Part shown: positions 41,318-52,272 of the stretch, in pieces
How positions within the stretch are numbered: the first letter of the stretch is position 1
Layout: each line of letters opens with the position of its first letter
Source of the DNA: Gammaproteobacteria bacterium
GTDB lineage: Bacteria; Pseudomonadota; Gammaproteobacteria; UBA4575
Assembly (NCBI GenBank): GCA_026706595.1
Contig: JAPOYL010000011.1
Coordinates: 69,686 to 133,685 of the forward strand
Direction: 5' to 3'
Length of the DNA stretch: 64,000 bases
Notes under the pieces: model-generated
What the model was told of the DNA's origin: nothing
The model's input: the letters and a program-made list of their open reading frames with translations, nothing else
Database searches by the model: none
Program-made: the position numbers and the translations under genes

Positions 41318-43045
41318 TCAGGTCTTAGACGTGCTGATCCGGTCCTGCAGGAACTCCAGGATATTTTCCATTGGGATCTGTTGGGCTTCTTGTTCGTGCC
41401 GGCTCTTGTACTCGATCTCGTTTTGCTGCAGACCTCTCTCACTGACCACGATGCGGTGGGGAATACCGATCAACTCATGGTCGGCAAACAGTAATCCGGG
41501 ACGCAAATCCCGGTCATCCAGCAGCACCTCCAGCCCCAAGGCTTCAAGTTCGTGGTGTAGCTGTTCACTGGTCTTCGCCACCTGATCGGATTTTCCCGCA
41601 TTGATGGGGATGACGGAGATACTGAACGGAGCAATCGTCTGCGGCCAGAGGATACCCTGCTCATCGAAATTCTGTTCGATGGCAGCGGCGATCACCCGCG
41701 TGACCCCGATCCCGTAACAACCCATCGTGACCACCTGTTCGCGCCCGTCCCGGTCCAGCACACAGGCCTTGAGCGCCATGCTGTACTTGTCGCCCAGTTG
41801 GAAGATGTGACCCACCTCGATGCCGCGCTTGACGGTCACCGTACCCTTACCATCCGGACTGACATCCCCGGTGGCAATCTTGCGCAGGTCTTGGCTCTCG
41901 TGCTGGCTAAAGTCTAGCAGGTCCCGGTCCCAGTTCACCCCGGTGTAATGAAACCCCTCCTCATTAGCTCCGCACACGAAATTTCGAAGGGTGTGGGCCG
42001 CATGATCCATGATCACCGGGCAATTCAGCTCCAGAGGGCCAAGTGAGCCTGGCTTGCAGCCAAGCTGCGCCTCGATTTCAGGTTCGCTTGCAAATTCCAG
42101 TGGGGTTGCCACAGCTTCGAGTTTCTGGGCCTTCACGGCATTCAGTTCATGGTCACCGCGAAGCACCAGTGCCACCAGCGGGTCCGATTCCCCCTTCACG
42201 ATCAGGGTTTTGGCTACCTGATCGGGCGCGACCTTTAAAAACGCGCACACTTCCTCGATGCTGTGACAGTCTGGGGTGGCTGTTTTCTCAAGCGGTCTCG
42301 AAGCAGAAGCGTCGGTATTTTGCACGGGTGCAACCGGTGCAAGCTCCACGTTGGCCGCATAGTCACTTTCCGTCGAGAATGCAATGGCATCCTCACCGGA
42401 CTCGGCCAGCACGTGAAATTCATGCGATACGTTGCCCCCGATGCTGCCGGTGTCGGCTTCCACGGTTTTGAACTGCAGGCCAAGGCGGGTGAAAATGCTG
42501 ACATAGGTGTCGTACATCACGTTATAGGTGGATTCCAGGCTCTCCTTGTCGAGGTGGAAGGAATAGGCATCCTTCATGATGAATTCACGCGCACGCATGA
42601 CTCCGAAACGCGGGCGGATCTCATCGCGAAACTTGGTCTGGATCTGGTAATAATTGACCGGCAACTGCTTGTAGCTCCGAATCTCGCGACGCACCAAGTC
42701 GGTGATGACCTCCTCATGCGTAGGGCCATAGCAGAAATCCCTGTGGTGACGGTCCTGCATGCGCAGCAACTCGGGCCCATACTGGTCCCAGCGTCCCGAC
42801 TCCTGCCAGAGTTCTGCGGGTTGTATGGAAGGCATCAGCACTTCGACCGCGCCCGACCTGTCCATTTCCTCGCGGATCACGTTCTCTACCTTGCGCAGGA
42901 TACGGAGACCAAGGGGCAGCCACGTGTACAGTCCGGAGGCCAGGCGGCGAATCATACCGGACCGCAGCATCAGCTGATGACTTACGAGTTCCGCATCTGC
43001 GGGCGACTCCTTGAGTGTCGACAATGGGAACTGACTTACGCGCAT
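41318..43045 (-). CDS. proS: proline--tRNA ligase
   Basis: 575 aa class II aaRS with an INS editing domain. N-terminus [46 protein letters not shown]. Confidence 0.97.
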   Translation of the reverse strand: MRVSQFPLSTLKESPADAELVSHQLMLRSGMIRRLASGLYTWLPLGLRILRKVENVIREEMDRSGAVEVLMPSIQPAELWQESGRWDQYGPELLRMQDRHHRDFCYGPTHEEVITDLVRREIRSYKQLPVNYYQIQTKFRDEIRPRFGVMRAREFIMKDAYSFHLDKESLESTYNVMYDTYVSIFTRLGLQFKTVEADTGSIGGNVSHEFHVLAESGEDAIAFSTESDYAANVELAPVAPVQNTDASASRPLEKTATPDCHSIEEVCAFLKVAPDQVAKTLIVKGESDPLVALVLRGDHELNAVKAQKLEAVATPLEFASEPEIEAQLGCKPGSLGPLELNCPVIMDHAAHTLRNFVCGANEEGFHYTGVNWDRDLLDFSQHESQDLRKIATGDVSPDGKGTVTVKRGIEVGHIFQLGDKYSMALKACVLDRDGREQVVTMGCYGIGVTRVIAAAIEQNFDEQGILWPQTIAPFSISVIPINAGKSDQVAKTSEQLHHELEALGLEVLLDDRDLRPGLLFADHELIGIPHRIVVSERGLQQNEIEYKSRHEQEAQQIPMENILEFLQDRISTSKT

Positions 43046-43269
43046 GTGTGCCTGGTAGTTGTGATGTTCCAGCCCAAGAGCCCACCGCTGATGACGGTAA
43101 TCATCCGCTTATGGGTAACTGGAAGGAACTGTGTGTCGGTTTCAAGTAATGATACCTGCCAGGATGCATTATATTTTTTTTATGGGGTATAAAAACCATG
43201 CACATGCGTACCTAGCATGCGTGTATACTACGTAAATCTGCAACCAAAACAAGCTCCCGGGGAGTTGAG

Positions 43270-44178
43270 ATGGCAGATCGTCGGCTACAAGTATTCCACA
43301 CCGTTGCGAAATTGCTGAGCTTCACCAAGGCTGCAGAAACACTGCACATGACGCAACCGGCCGTGACCTTTCAGGTGCGCCAGCTCGAGGAGCACTTCAA
43401 TACCCGACTGTTCGACCGAACCCACAACCGCGTCACGCTGACCGAGGCCGGGCGCAGGTGCTACAAGTATGCAGAGCAGATCTTCGAGCTGTATGCGGAG
43501 ATGGAGAATTTTGTCAAGGAGCTGACCAGCGACGTCAGCGGCACGTTGACCCTGGGTGCCAGTACGACCATAGCCGAATACATGCTGCCGAGCCTGCTGA
43601 GCGGGTTCACCAAGAAATTTCCCGAAATCCAGCTGCGCCTGAAGGTGTCCAACACCGAAGGCATTGTTTCCATGATTGAGAACAGCGTGATTGATCTCGG
43701 CATTGTGGAAGGCCCGGTCACCAACAAGAATCTGCTGGTCGAGGTCTGCCGGGTCGACCACTTGGTGGTAATCGTCTCTCCCGGGCACGAACTCGCCAAG
43801 CGTGCCTCCATCTCCATGGAGGAACTCATGCATTTCCCGTTCATCGGACGAGAGGAGGGTTCCGGTACGCGCGACGTGATCATGGGCCACATGACCAAGA
43901 TGGGGCTGGACCGGAATAACCTGAATGTCTGCATGGAACTGGGCAGCCCGGAATCCATTAAGGGCGCAGTCGAGGCCGGCATGGGGGTATCGATTGTGTC
44001 CGGTGCCACGATTGAGAAAGAACTCAAGCTCAAGGTGTTGAACAAGCTGGATCTTGATCCCCAGCTTGAGCGGGAATTTTCCTTTGTCCGCCAGCGCCAG
44101 AAATTTCGCCTGCGAGCCATGGACGAATTGCTGGACTATGCGCGCGGCTACTGCGGCCCGAAAAAACAGGCGGTATGA
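43270..44178 (+). CDS. LysR-family transcriptional regulator
   Basis: N-terminal wHTH (LQVFHTVAKLLSFTKAAETLHMTQPAVTFQVRQLE) and a C-terminal substrate-binding domain. Divergent from proS. Confidence 0.85.
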   Translation: MADRRLQVFHTVAKLLSFTKAAETLHMTQPAVTFQVRQLEEHFNTRLFDRTHNRVTLTEAGRRCYKYAEQIFELYAEMENFVKELTSDVSGTLTLGASTTIAEYMLPSLLSGFTKKFPEIQLRLKVSNTEGIVSMIENSVIDLGIVEGPVTNKNLLVEVCRVDHLVVIVSPGHELAKRASISMEELMHFPFIGREEGSGTRDVIMGHMTKMGLDRNNLNVCMELGSPESIKGAVEAGMGVSIVSGATIEKELKLKVLNKLDLDPQLEREFSFVRQRQKFRLRAMDELLDYARGYCGPKKQAV

Positions 44179-44316
44179 GTCCCGGTACTGATTCATTGTT
44201 GTCTGGAATGAGGGGCACTGACGCAGTCACCGAACAGGCTGCCCACCTGTACAGTCCGACCCGTTCTCGAAAAGGTATCTGATGCGCCAGTCTGAGTTAC
44301 GGCATCGAAGCGATTT

Positions 44317-45414
44317 ATGATCGAATACATCAAAAACTGGTACCAGCGGAATTTCTCGGATCCGCAGATCGTCATTCTGGCACTTTGCCTGATTGTCGGA
44401 TTTGCCAGTGTGCTGCTGTTTGGCGATCTTCTCGCCCCCCTGATTGCCAGTATCGTCATCGCGTACGTGCTGGATGGTGTCGTAGGGCTGCTCGAGCAAG
44501 GCAAGATCCCCAGACTCCTTTCACTGTTGCTGGTCTTTCTTGGCTTTATCGCCCTGTTGATCTTGATCCTGTTCGGGCTGATCCCGAAACTGTCACAGCA
44601 ACTCACCCAGTTTTTCCGTGAGCTTCCCGGCATGATCACGCAGGGTCAGAGCCTGCTGATGCAGTTGCCGGACAAATACCCAAGCCTTGCGCAAATCTTC
44701 ACGGAAGCGCAAATGACGGAGATGATCGACTCGCTGCGCTCGCAGCTGATTGCGGTGGGTCAGAGTGTCCTCAGCCAGCCCTTGGAATCTGTAGTGGGCC
44801 TGATCACGATCATCGTCTACCTGATCATTGTTCCCCTGCTGGTGTTCTTTTTTCTCAAGGACAAGGGCAAGATCCTGGAGTGGGCAGAGAGTTTCCTGCC
44901 TTCGAACCGCGAGCTGACGAACGAGGTCTGGGTCGAGGTCAACAAAAAGATTGCAAGCTACATCCGCGGCAAGGTGATTGAGATCCTGGTGGTCTGGGTC
45001 GCCACCTATGTCACGTTTGCCTTTTTCGGTCTCGACTATGCCATGCTGCTTTCATTCCTGGTGGGTATCTCAGTCATCATCCCCTACGTGGGGGCGGCCG
45101 TGGTGACCGTCCCGGTGTTGTTTGTAGCCTACTTTCAATGGGGGCTGAGTTCCCAGTTCGTGTATTTGTTGCTGGCTTACGCTGCGGTCCAGATTCTGGA
45201 CGGCAACGTGCTGGTACCCCTGCTGTTCTCCGAGTTCGTCAATCTGCATCCGGTCGCGATTGTCGCGGCGGTGCTGATTTTCGGGGGGATCTGGGGGGTC
45301 TGGGGCGTGTTTTTCGCGATTCCCCTTGCGACACTTTTCCACGCGGTGATCCGGGCATGGTCCTCGATCAACCAGGGTTCATGGCAAAAACAGCAATCCC
45401 TGTCCGGTGGATGA
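44317..45414 (+). CDS. AI-2E family transporter (UPF0118/PerM/TqsA-like)
   Basis: 365 aa, about 8 TM helices, AI-2E family topology and motifs. Confidence 0.75.
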   Translation: MIEYIKNWYQRNFSDPQIVILALCLIVGFASVLLFGDLLAPLIASIVIAYVLDGVVGLLEQGKIPRLLSLLLVFLGFIALLILILFGLIPKLSQQLTQFFRELPGMITQGQSLLMQLPDKYPSLAQIFTEAQMTEMIDSLRSQLIAVGQSVLSQPLESVVGLITIIVYLIIVPLLVFFFLKDKGKILEWAESFLPSNRELTNEVWVEVNKKIASYIRGKVIEILVVWVATYVTFAFFGLDYAMLLSFLVGISVIIPYVGAAVVTVPVLFVAYFQWGLSSQFVYLLLAYAAVQILDGNVLVPLLFSEFVNLHPVAIVAAVLIFGGIWGVWGVFFAIPLATLFHAVIRAWSSINQGSWQKQQSLSGG

Positions 45415-45536
45415 GGTCCGTGCCATCACGGCACCGGACTGTCAGTGCGTGCAGAACCCGTTATTTTCTTGTAATGACAGGGTTCGATCAGTACCATCCG
45501 AAGCCTTTCTGATCTGAACTTCATTTGGGGAATCCG

Positions 45537-46412
45537 GTGTTCAAAGGCAGCATGGTCGCAATGGCTACGCCGATGCATGAAGATGGCGCAGTCGATTACG
45601 GCACTCTGGCAGACTATGTCGAATTCCATATCGAGAATGACACGGATGTGCTGGTCCCGGCCGGCACCACGGGCGAGTCTGCAACGCTTGATCATGCCGA
45701 ACACTGCGAGCTGATTCGATTTGTCGTCAAGCAGGCCCGGGGCCGGGTTCCCGTCATTGCAGGAACGGGTTCGAATTCGACCCATGAGACGATCGAGCTG
45801 ACACGATGCGCCAAGGAAGCCGGCGCAGATGCCTGCCTGCTGGTCACTCCCTATTACAACAAACCCACCCAGGAGGGGCTGATCCTGCATTATGAAGCCG
45901 TTGCCAAAGCGGTTGCGATTCCACTGATTCTGTATAATGTGCCCGGGCGCACCGCATGTGATATGTTGGCACCGACGGCAGTCAGACTTTCCAAGCTGGA
46001 CAACATCATCGGGATCAAGGAGGCCACCGGAGACATCAGTCGTTGCCAGGAGATTCTTGCAGGCTGCCGGGAAGGGTTTTTGCTGATCAGTGGCGATGAT
46101 GCCACGGCCATGGAATTCATGCTTGCCGGGGGCAAGGGCGTCATCACCGTGACAGGAAATGTCGCACCCAGGCTGTTTCATACCTTATGCATGGCATGCT
46201 TGGAGGGGGACCGGACCAAGGCACAGCAGGCCAATGCCAGGCTTGAGCGCCTGAACCGCGATCTTTTTGTGGAGTCCAACCCGATCCCGGTAAAGTGGTG
46301 TCTGACTGAAATGGGCCTGTTTCCAGCGGGCATACGCTTGCCCATGACCCCCCTGTCGAGTGCGTACCATGAAACATTGCGAGAAGCCTTGCAGTTGGCA
46401 GGCAGCTTATAA
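45537..46412 (+). CDS. dapA: 4-hydroxy-tetrahydrodipicolinate synthase
   Basis: VFKGSMVAMATPM...LVPAGTTGES, with Schiff-base lysine region IIGIKEATG. GTG start. The track ORF starts 12 nt upstream. Confidence 0.92.
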   Translation: MFKGSMVAMATPMHEDGAVDYGTLADYVEFHIENDTDVLVPAGTTGESATLDHAEHCELIRFVVKQARGRVPVIAGTGSNSTHETIELTRCAKEAGADACLLVTPYYNKPTQEGLILHYEAVAKAVAIPLILYNVPGRTACDMLAPTAVRLSKLDNIIGIKEATGDISRCQEILAGCREGFLLISGDDATAMEFMLAGGKGVITVTGNVAPRLFHTLCMACLEGDRTKAQQANARLERLNRDLFVESNPIPVKWCLTEMGLFPAGIRLPMTPLSSAYHETLREALQLAGSL

Positions 46413-46422
46413 ACATGACCGG

Positions 46423-47502
46423 ATGACTTCTATGTGCAAGTATCTATTTTCCGCGCGGTTCGTGCTTGCGGTGGCCCTGCTGCCCTTGGCGCTGGGCGGC
46501 TGCGGTTTTCTGAAGACAGGGAACGAGGACTACTCGGGCAGTGCCTCGACGAAACCGCTTGAGGCGCCACCTGACTTGGTGACTCCGGATTGGGAAGATA
46601 GCCTGAGGATCCCAAAAACGGCAGGTGACAGGGTCAGTGCCCTGCAGACACAGGTGCCGGCCGTGGGTGCCAGCGTACTTCCCGAGTTTCTTGAGATGCG
46701 TGTGCGCAAGGAGGGTCCGACCCGCTGGCTGGAAGTGGACACCGATCCGGTTACCCTGTGGCCGCTGCTGCGCAGATTCTGGCAGGAGGAAGGCTTCAGA
46801 ATCGCTGAAGATGAACCGGCACTGGGCTACATGGAAACCCACTGGGCCCAGGATATGGGCCGCCTGCGCGATGCATCTTCCAACCGGGAGGGGATTGACG
46901 TGGTGACGGAGAAGTTCCGGATGCGCCTTGAGCGCCAACCCAATGCGGTGACCAACCTTTACCTGACGCGGCGCGGTCTGGAGGTCGCTGCAGTCAATGC
47001 TGATGACCAGATTCTATGGAAACCGCAACCCCCGAACCCTGACCGCGAAGCGGAGATGACGGTACGGTTAATGGAGTTTCTGGGTATTTCGAAAGAAGAA
47101 GCCGCACTCAAGTTTGCAAGCCCGGATTCCCGTGCCCTGTACCTCGACATCCGGAACATCGAAGGAATCCCGGTGCTGATGGTGGGCGATGTCTTCCCGC
47201 GGGTCTGGCGCAGAACCGGTGTAGCCCTGGATCGTTCAGGCCTGGTCATCGAAGATCACAATCGCGACAAGGGAATATACTTTGTCTCCATGGAGCCGGA
47301 CCCGGTCTCCACAGGGGCGGGTGTGCAGGATGGCAATGCCATAGCGGTGCAGTATCAGATACACCTGCTCAGCCAGGGCAGACAGACACTGATCACGGCC
47401 CACAAGGATGGTCAAGAGCAGGCGGTAATCCCGGCAGAGACAGCAAGGAAACTGCTGCGCAGGATCATCTCCGCATATCCGGGCAACTACCCGCGTGCGT
47501 AG
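46423..47502 (+). CDS. bamC: outer membrane protein assembly factor BamC (NlpB lipoprotein)
   Basis: Lipobox LALGGC. Follows dapA as in E. coli (dapA-nlpB). Confidence 0.8.
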   Translation: MTSMCKYLFSARFVLAVALLPLALGGCGFLKTGNEDYSGSASTKPLEAPPDLVTPDWEDSLRIPKTAGDRVSALQTQVPAVGASVLPEFLEMRVRKEGPTRWLEVDTDPVTLWPLLRRFWQEEGFRIAEDEPALGYMETHWAQDMGRLRDASSNREGIDVVTEKFRMRLERQPNAVTNLYLTRRGLEVAAVNADDQILWKPQPPNPDREAEMTVRLMEFLGISKEEAALKFASPDSRALYLDIRNIEGIPVLMVGDVFPRVWRRTGVALDRSGLVIEDHNRDKGIYFVSMEPDPVSTGAGVQDGNAIAVQYQIHLLSQGRQTLITAHKDGQEQAVIPAETARKLLRRIISAYPGNYPRA

Positions 47503-47512
47503 CCGCGGGATT

Positions 47513-49447
47513 TCATGAGGCAGTTTTGGTCTTTCGTCGTCGGGTTCGCTTGACGGCGGGCTTCTTGCTTTTCTGACTTTCTTTTACGAACTGCTGGATG
47601 GACCCCAGGATGCCGTCTGCATCCAGTCCTGCGTCTGACAACTGTTCCTCGCGGGTGGCGTGGTTCAGGTAATGATCCGGCAAGCCCAGGTTTTTGATAC
47701 GGACAGGAAGCTGGCCAATTGCCAAAACTTCGTTGACCGCAGAGCCTGCGCCGCCTGCCACGACATTGTCTTCGATCGTGACAATAAACTCGTGTGCCTT
47801 GGCAACATCGATAATGAGGGCCTGGTCGATCGGCTTGACGAACCGCATGTCGACCACGGTGGCATCCAGTTGTTCACCAACATTGAGGGCATCATGCACG
47901 GGACTTCCAAAGGCCAGAATGGCGATGCGTTTGCCCTGGCGTAGCACCTTGGCCTTTCCGACCTCTACCGCATTCATCTCGGACTCGACCGGGGTGCCCG
48001 GCCCGCTGCCTCGAGGATAGCGCACGGCCGCCGGACATTCCTGCAGGTAGGCCGTGTAGAGCATCCGCCGTGTCTCATTTTCATTGCTGGGTGTCATCAC
48101 CACCATGTTCGGGACACAACGCAGGTAGGTCAGGTCAAAGCTGCCCGCGTGTGTCTGTCCGTCACCACCCACCACTCCGGCCCGGTCGATCGCGAACATG
48201 ACGGGCAGGTTTTGCACAGCCACGTCATGGACCAACTGATCGTAGCCGCGCTGCAGGAAGGTCGAATAGATGGCCACGATCGGCTTGACATCCTCACAGG
48301 CCATGCCGGCGGCAAGTGTTACGGCATGCTGTTCTGCAATGGCAACATCAAAGTAGCGGTCCGGAAATTCCTTGGAAAACCGGACCAGGCCCGAGCCTTC
48401 ACGCATGGCAGGCGTGATGGCCATCACGCGTTCATCCTGCTTGGCAATATCGCAAAGCCAGTCGCTGAAAACCTGCGTATAGGTGACTTTCTTGGGTGGC
48501 CCGCCCGATTTGACGACTCCGACACTTGGTTCGAAGGTAGGCACGGCATGGTAGCCTACCGGGTCCGATTCCGCCTTCGCATAGCCCTTGCCCTTGACGG
48601 TACAGATATGCAATAGCCGAGGGCCTTCCAGGCGTTTCAGGTTTTTCAGAATTTTTATCAGGCTGCCCGCATCATGTCCGTTTGCAGGGCCGTAATAGCT
48701 CAGTCCCAGTTCCTCAAACAGTGTCCCGGGAGGTGTCACCACACCCTTGACATGTTCCGTGATGCGCCCCACAAACTCATTCGCAAACGGGATGGGCTGT
48801 AGCAGTTTTTCACTGCTCTTGCTGATGGTGGCCGACATTTGTCCGGAGAGTATCCGGGTCAGGTAATTCGTCATGGCGCCGATATTGGGCGAAATCGACA
48901 TTTCGTTGTCATTGAGTATGACCAGCAGGTCAGCATTGCTGTCCCCCAGGTGATTCAGGGCTTCATATGCCATTCCGCCCGTGATGCCGCCGTCTCCAAT
49001 GACCGCGATGACTTTGCGCTTCTTGCTCTGCGGCGCACTGGCAATGGCCATCCCCAGCGCGGCCCCGATGGAAGTGCTCGAATGGCCGGTTCCGAAATGG
49101 TCATGTTTACTTTCACTGCGTTTTGGGAACGGTGCCAGTCCGTCCTTGGTCCGGATGGTCGTAATGCGGTCTTTGCGGCCCGTGAGGATCTTGTGCGGGT
49201 AGCACTGGTGGCCGACATCCCACACGATGCGGTCATGCGGGGTGTTGAAGACATAGTGTAGGGCAACGGTGATTTCGACAGCACCGAGCCCACCCCCGAA
49301 GTGCCCGCCACAACTGGCAATGGAATCCAGCAGGAAGTCCCGCAGCTCATCCGCCACTGCAGGCATCTGGTTTTCCCGCAGGGCCCGCAGATCAGCTGGG
49401 CTGTCAATCTTGGATAACAGGGGATAGCGTGATTTGTCCATAGGCAT
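47513..49447 (-). CDS. dxs: 1-deoxy-D-xylulose-5-phosphate synthase
   Basis: Full-length alignment to E. coli Dxs, including the TPP-binding [18 protein letters not shown] motif. Carries a ~22-aa Lys/Arg-rich C-terminal extension. Confidence 0.96.
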   Translation of the reverse strand: MPMDKSRYPLLSKIDSPADLRALRENQMPAVADELRDFLLDSIASCGGHFGGGLGAVEITVALHYVFNTPHDRIVWDVGHQCYPHKILTGRKDRITTIRTKDGLAPFPKRSESKHDHFGTGHSSTSIGAALGMAIASAPQSKKRKVIAVIGDGGITGGMAYEALNHLGDSNADLLVILNDNEMSISPNIGAMTNYLTRILSGQMSATISKSSEKLLQPIPFANEFVGRITEHVKGVVTPPGTLFEELGLSYYGPANGHDAGSLIKILKNLKRLEGPRLLHICTVKGKGYAKAESDPVGYHAVPTFEPSVGVVKSGGPPKKVTYTQVFSDWLCDIAKQDERVMAITPAMREGSGLVRFSKEFPDRYFDVAIAEQHAVTLAAGMACEDVKPIVAIYSTFLQRGYDQLVHDVAVQNLPVMFAIDRAGVVGGDGQTHAGSFDLTYLRCVPNMVVMTPSNENETRRMLYTAYLQECPAAVRYPRGSGPGTPVESEMNAVEVGKAKVLRQGKRIAILAFGSPVHDALNVGEQLDATVVDMRFVKPIDQALIIDVAKAHEFIVTIEDNVVAGGAGSAVNEVLAIGQLPVRIKNLGLPDHYLNHATREEQLSDAGLDADGILGSIQQFVKESQKSKKPAVKRTRRRKTKTAS

Positions 49448-49493
49448 CAGGAGTAGTCAGATTGATTGCTGCAGACAGGCTAAAGCCAGTGCG

Positions 49494-50396
49494 CTATGAA
49501 ATTCGTCTTATTATATATTGACTTACAGCGTACAGCGTTGCCCACTGAAAATCCAGATGGTCGATTTCCTTGCAGGCCTGCTGCAACAACTCTTCAGCCA
49601 TGTTTGCGGCCTGTTCCATTCCCACAATGCTCGGGTAGGTAGGCTTGTTTTGCGCCGCATCGGAGCCCTGTGGTTTACCCAGAACTTCCGTCTCGCCCTG
49701 GATGTCAAGAATATCGTCGCGAATCTGGAACAGCAGTCCGATGTAATCGGCAAAGCGGGCAAATCGCTCATAGACCTCGGGTGTATTCATCTCACTCGCA
49801 ATCACCGCCATCAGCACACTGGTCCTGATCAGTGCCCCGGTCTTGAGGCGATGCATGTGCTTCAGCTCTTTTTCATCGAGTGGTTTGTTGACAGAAGCAA
49901 GGTCGATCGCCTGTCCGCCAACCATGCCCTGTGAGCCGGCCCCTTCACCGAGGAGTTGGGCCATCCTGACCCGTCGCTCTGGCGGGTTGGCTGGATCGTT
50001 GGCCAATATGGAAAAGGCCAGGGCCTGAAGGGCATCGCCTGCCAGGATGGCATTGGCCTCTCCGAAGGCATTGTGGCAGGTCGGTCGTCCACGGCGCAGG
50101 TCGTCGTCGTCCATTGCCGGGAGGTCGTCATGGATCAGGGAGTAACTGTGTATCAGTTCTACGGCACAGGCTGGTGCATCCAGTTTTTCCACGGGCACGT
50201 CCAGCGCCTCTCCAGTGGCATACAGCAGTACCGGGCGTATTCGTTTGCCTTCTCCCAGTACGGTATAGCGCATGGCCTCGTGCAATACTGCAGGCGGTTC
50301 AGATGCTGCAGGAAGCCAGTTTTCAAGTTGTTGGTTGACACGCCCAGCATACAGACTGAGGATTTCGTCAATCTTTTTCGGGCATTTCTCCGTCAT
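49494..50396 (-). CDS. ispA: (2E,6E)-farnesyl diphosphate synthase / geranyltranstransferase
   Basis: FARM motif [17 protein letters not shown] and second Asp-rich motif. Start is either 50396 or 50423. Confidence 0.9.
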   Translation of the reverse strand: MTEKCPKKIDEILSLYAGRVNQQLENWLPAASEPPAVLHEAMRYTVLGEGKRIRPVLLYATGEALDVPVEKLDAPACAVELIHSYSLIHDDLPAMDDDDLRRGRPTCHNAFGEANAILAGDALQALAFSILANDPANPPERRVRMAQLLGEGAGSQGMVGGQAIDLASVNKPLDEKELKHMHRLKTGALIRTSVLMAVIASEMNTPEVYERFARFADYIGLLFQIRDDILDIQGETEVLGKPQGSDAAQNKPTYPSIVGMEQAANMAEELLQQACKEIDHLDFQWATLYAVSQYIIRRIS

Positions 50397-50598
50397 CGAA
50401 GTTTTTTTCTGTCCAGTCTCCATTTTCCTTGCTCAGAACTGAAATTTTCTGTTCCGCCTGCTGCAATGCCTGGCGACACTGGCGTGTGAGCTTGACGCCC
50501 TGTTCAAAGCACTTGAGCGACTCCTCCAGGGACAGGCCACCTTTTTCCAACTTGTCGACCAGTTCTTCAAGTTGTTTTAATGATTTTTCAAAATCCAT
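50368..50598 (-). CDS. xseB: exodeoxyribonuclease VII small subunit
   Basis: 77 aa. [28 protein letters not shown]... Classic xseB-ispA-dxs operon order. The track ORF is 5'-extended. Confidence 0.9.
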   Translation of the reverse strand: MDFEKSLKQLEELVDKLEKGGLSLEESLKCFEQGVKLTRQCRQALQQAEQKISVLSKENGDWTEKNFDDGEMPEKD

Positions 50599-50878
50599 GG
50601 TTGACGTTGTAGTTTTTTGTGACGATTTTGGAAGGGAACACAGATCGACCACACACGGCTTTTCCTCCAGCAAGAACCAGTACCGGTGCCGACCATCATG
50701 CACCGTATCATAGCACGCCACCCTGAAGGCTAAGGTGCGTGACCATCGCATGCACGAGCCAGGTGACACGCATTTTGACAGGCACACCTGGACCTTCTTA
50801 CAGAGCCAGTATTCTTACCAGTCGTAAGTCCCCCGTACAAGCTGGACGTGGGGCCGGTGCTGTCCGACCGCATTAACC

Positions 50879-50899
50879 AATATGTTATACTATAATATT
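50879..50899 (+). promoter_or_regulatory. Zur box (zinc uptake regulator operator) upstream of zur-znuCB
   Basis: AATATGTTATACTATAATATT matches ATGTTATA-n-TATAACAT at 15 of 17 positions. It overlaps a TATAAT -10. Confidence 0.6.
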
Positions 50900-50965
50900 A
50901 AAATGGGGCACCAAGATGCGAGTCCTGCGTCGTGTCGTTACTCTCTTCTGACCAAGGTGATATCC

Positions 50966-51469
50966 ATGGACCAGCCATCTTTTCCACAACGCCAGCATGA
51001 TCATGAAGCCTGCGTTCATGCAGGTATGGCGCATGCGGAAGCCGCATGCGAGAGTCGTAATGAGCGCTTTACGGCAAATCGCCGCTCCGTTCTCAAGTTG
51101 CTGCTAGCTGGGCATCGCCCGCTAGGCGTCTACGAACTCATGAAACAGTTTGACTGGAAAGGGCGCAAACCTGCACCCGCCCAGATTTATCGTGCACTCG
51201 AGTTTCTGGAATCCATTGGCCTCGTACACCGTATTGAAAGCTGCAACGCCTATCTCGCATGCAACCGTCCTGGCCGCCACCACTGCACTATATTTCTGGT
51301 GTGTGAGCAGTGCAAAACGGTTGCTGAAGTCGAGGCTGAACGCATGCAGGGTGCCATCACAGATCTTGCTGGACAGACCGGCTTCGAACTTCACTCCCAG
51401 GTTCTCGAGGCCCGCGGACTTTGTCCGGAGTGCGTCGGTGCTGCAGCAACCGACGAGGCAGACAGTTGA
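50966..51469 (+). CDS. zur: Fur-family zinc uptake regulator Zur
   Basis: wHTH followed by Cys/His metal sites (HCTIFLVCEQC, CPEC). Operonic with znuCB. An alternative later start lies at about 51029. Confidence 0.8.
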   Translation: MDQPSFPQRQHDHEACVHAGMAHAEAACESRNERFTANRRSVLKLLLAGHRPLGVYELMKQFDWKGRKPAPAQIYRALEFLESIGLVHRIESCNAYLACNRPGRHHCTIFLVCEQCKTVAEVEAERMQGAITDLAGQTGFELHSQVLEARGLCPECVGAAATDEADS

Positions 51470-51471
51470 AC

Positions 51472-52272
51472 ATGGGCAGGGTCCGGTTGATCGAGGCCCG
51501 GGGAATCCGCATTCGCAGAAAAGGGCGCTTGCTTCTTCACGGGGTGGACATCCATGTGGACCGGGGGGAAGTGGTGACGCTGATCGGGCCAAACGGTGCT
51601 GGTAAAACCACGCTCGTGCGGGTACTGCTTGGATTGCTGGCGCCGGATAACGGTCATGTACAGCGTGAATCCTCTGTCCAGGTAGGGTATGTGCCCCAGC
51701 ATCTCCACCTGAACTCGACCATGCCACTTTCTGTAAAGCGCATGATGAACCTGACCGGCCGGCCCCCTTCGGGTGCTGTTGAGGATGCACTGGATGAAAC
51801 CGGATCCCTGAAGTTGCTTGAAGCCCGTATGGCTGATCTTTCGGGTGGCGAACTGCGCAGGGTGTTGCTGGCACGTGCGCTGCTGAGTCAGCCTGATCTG
51901 CTGATCCTGGATGAACCTGTGCAGGGGGTAGATTATATTGGGGAAGCAGACATGTACGCACTGATCGCGGAGATTGTTGCGCGCCATGGATGTGGTGTAC
52001 TCATGGTGAGCCATGATCTCCATATCGTGATGGCTGCTACGGACAGGGTCGTCTGTCTGAATCACCACATATGCTGTACCGGAGTGCCCCAAGAAGTAGT
52101 TGGGCATGACGAATTCCAGCGTCTGTTCGGCACGCGTGCAGGAGTCGTAACCGCGCTCTACCAGCACAGCCACGACCATGTGCATGATCCCGCCAGTGTT
52201 GTGCAGCCAGCATGCGATGAGGATGCATTTCCGCGTATGCGGTCTGTGGAGGAAGTCAAGGATGCTGGATGA
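51472..52272 (+). CDS. znuC: zinc ABC transporter ATP-binding protein ZnuC
   Basis: Walker A GPNGAGKTT, signature LSGGE, His-rich C-terminal tail HSHDHVHD. Track ORF is 5'-extended. Confidence 0.9.
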   Translation: MGRVRLIEARGIRIRRKGRLLLHGVDIHVDRGEVVTLIGPNGAGKTTLVRVLLGLLAPDNGHVQRESSVQVGYVPQHLHLNSTMPLSVKRMMNLTGRPPSGAVEDALDETGSLKLLEARMADLSGGELRRVLLARALLSQPDLLILDEPVQGVDYIGEADMYALIAEIVARHGCGVLMVSHDLHIVMAATDRVVCLNHHICCTGVPQEVVGHDEFQRLFGTRAGVVTALYQHSHDHVHDPASVVQPACDEDAFPRMRSVEEVKDAG

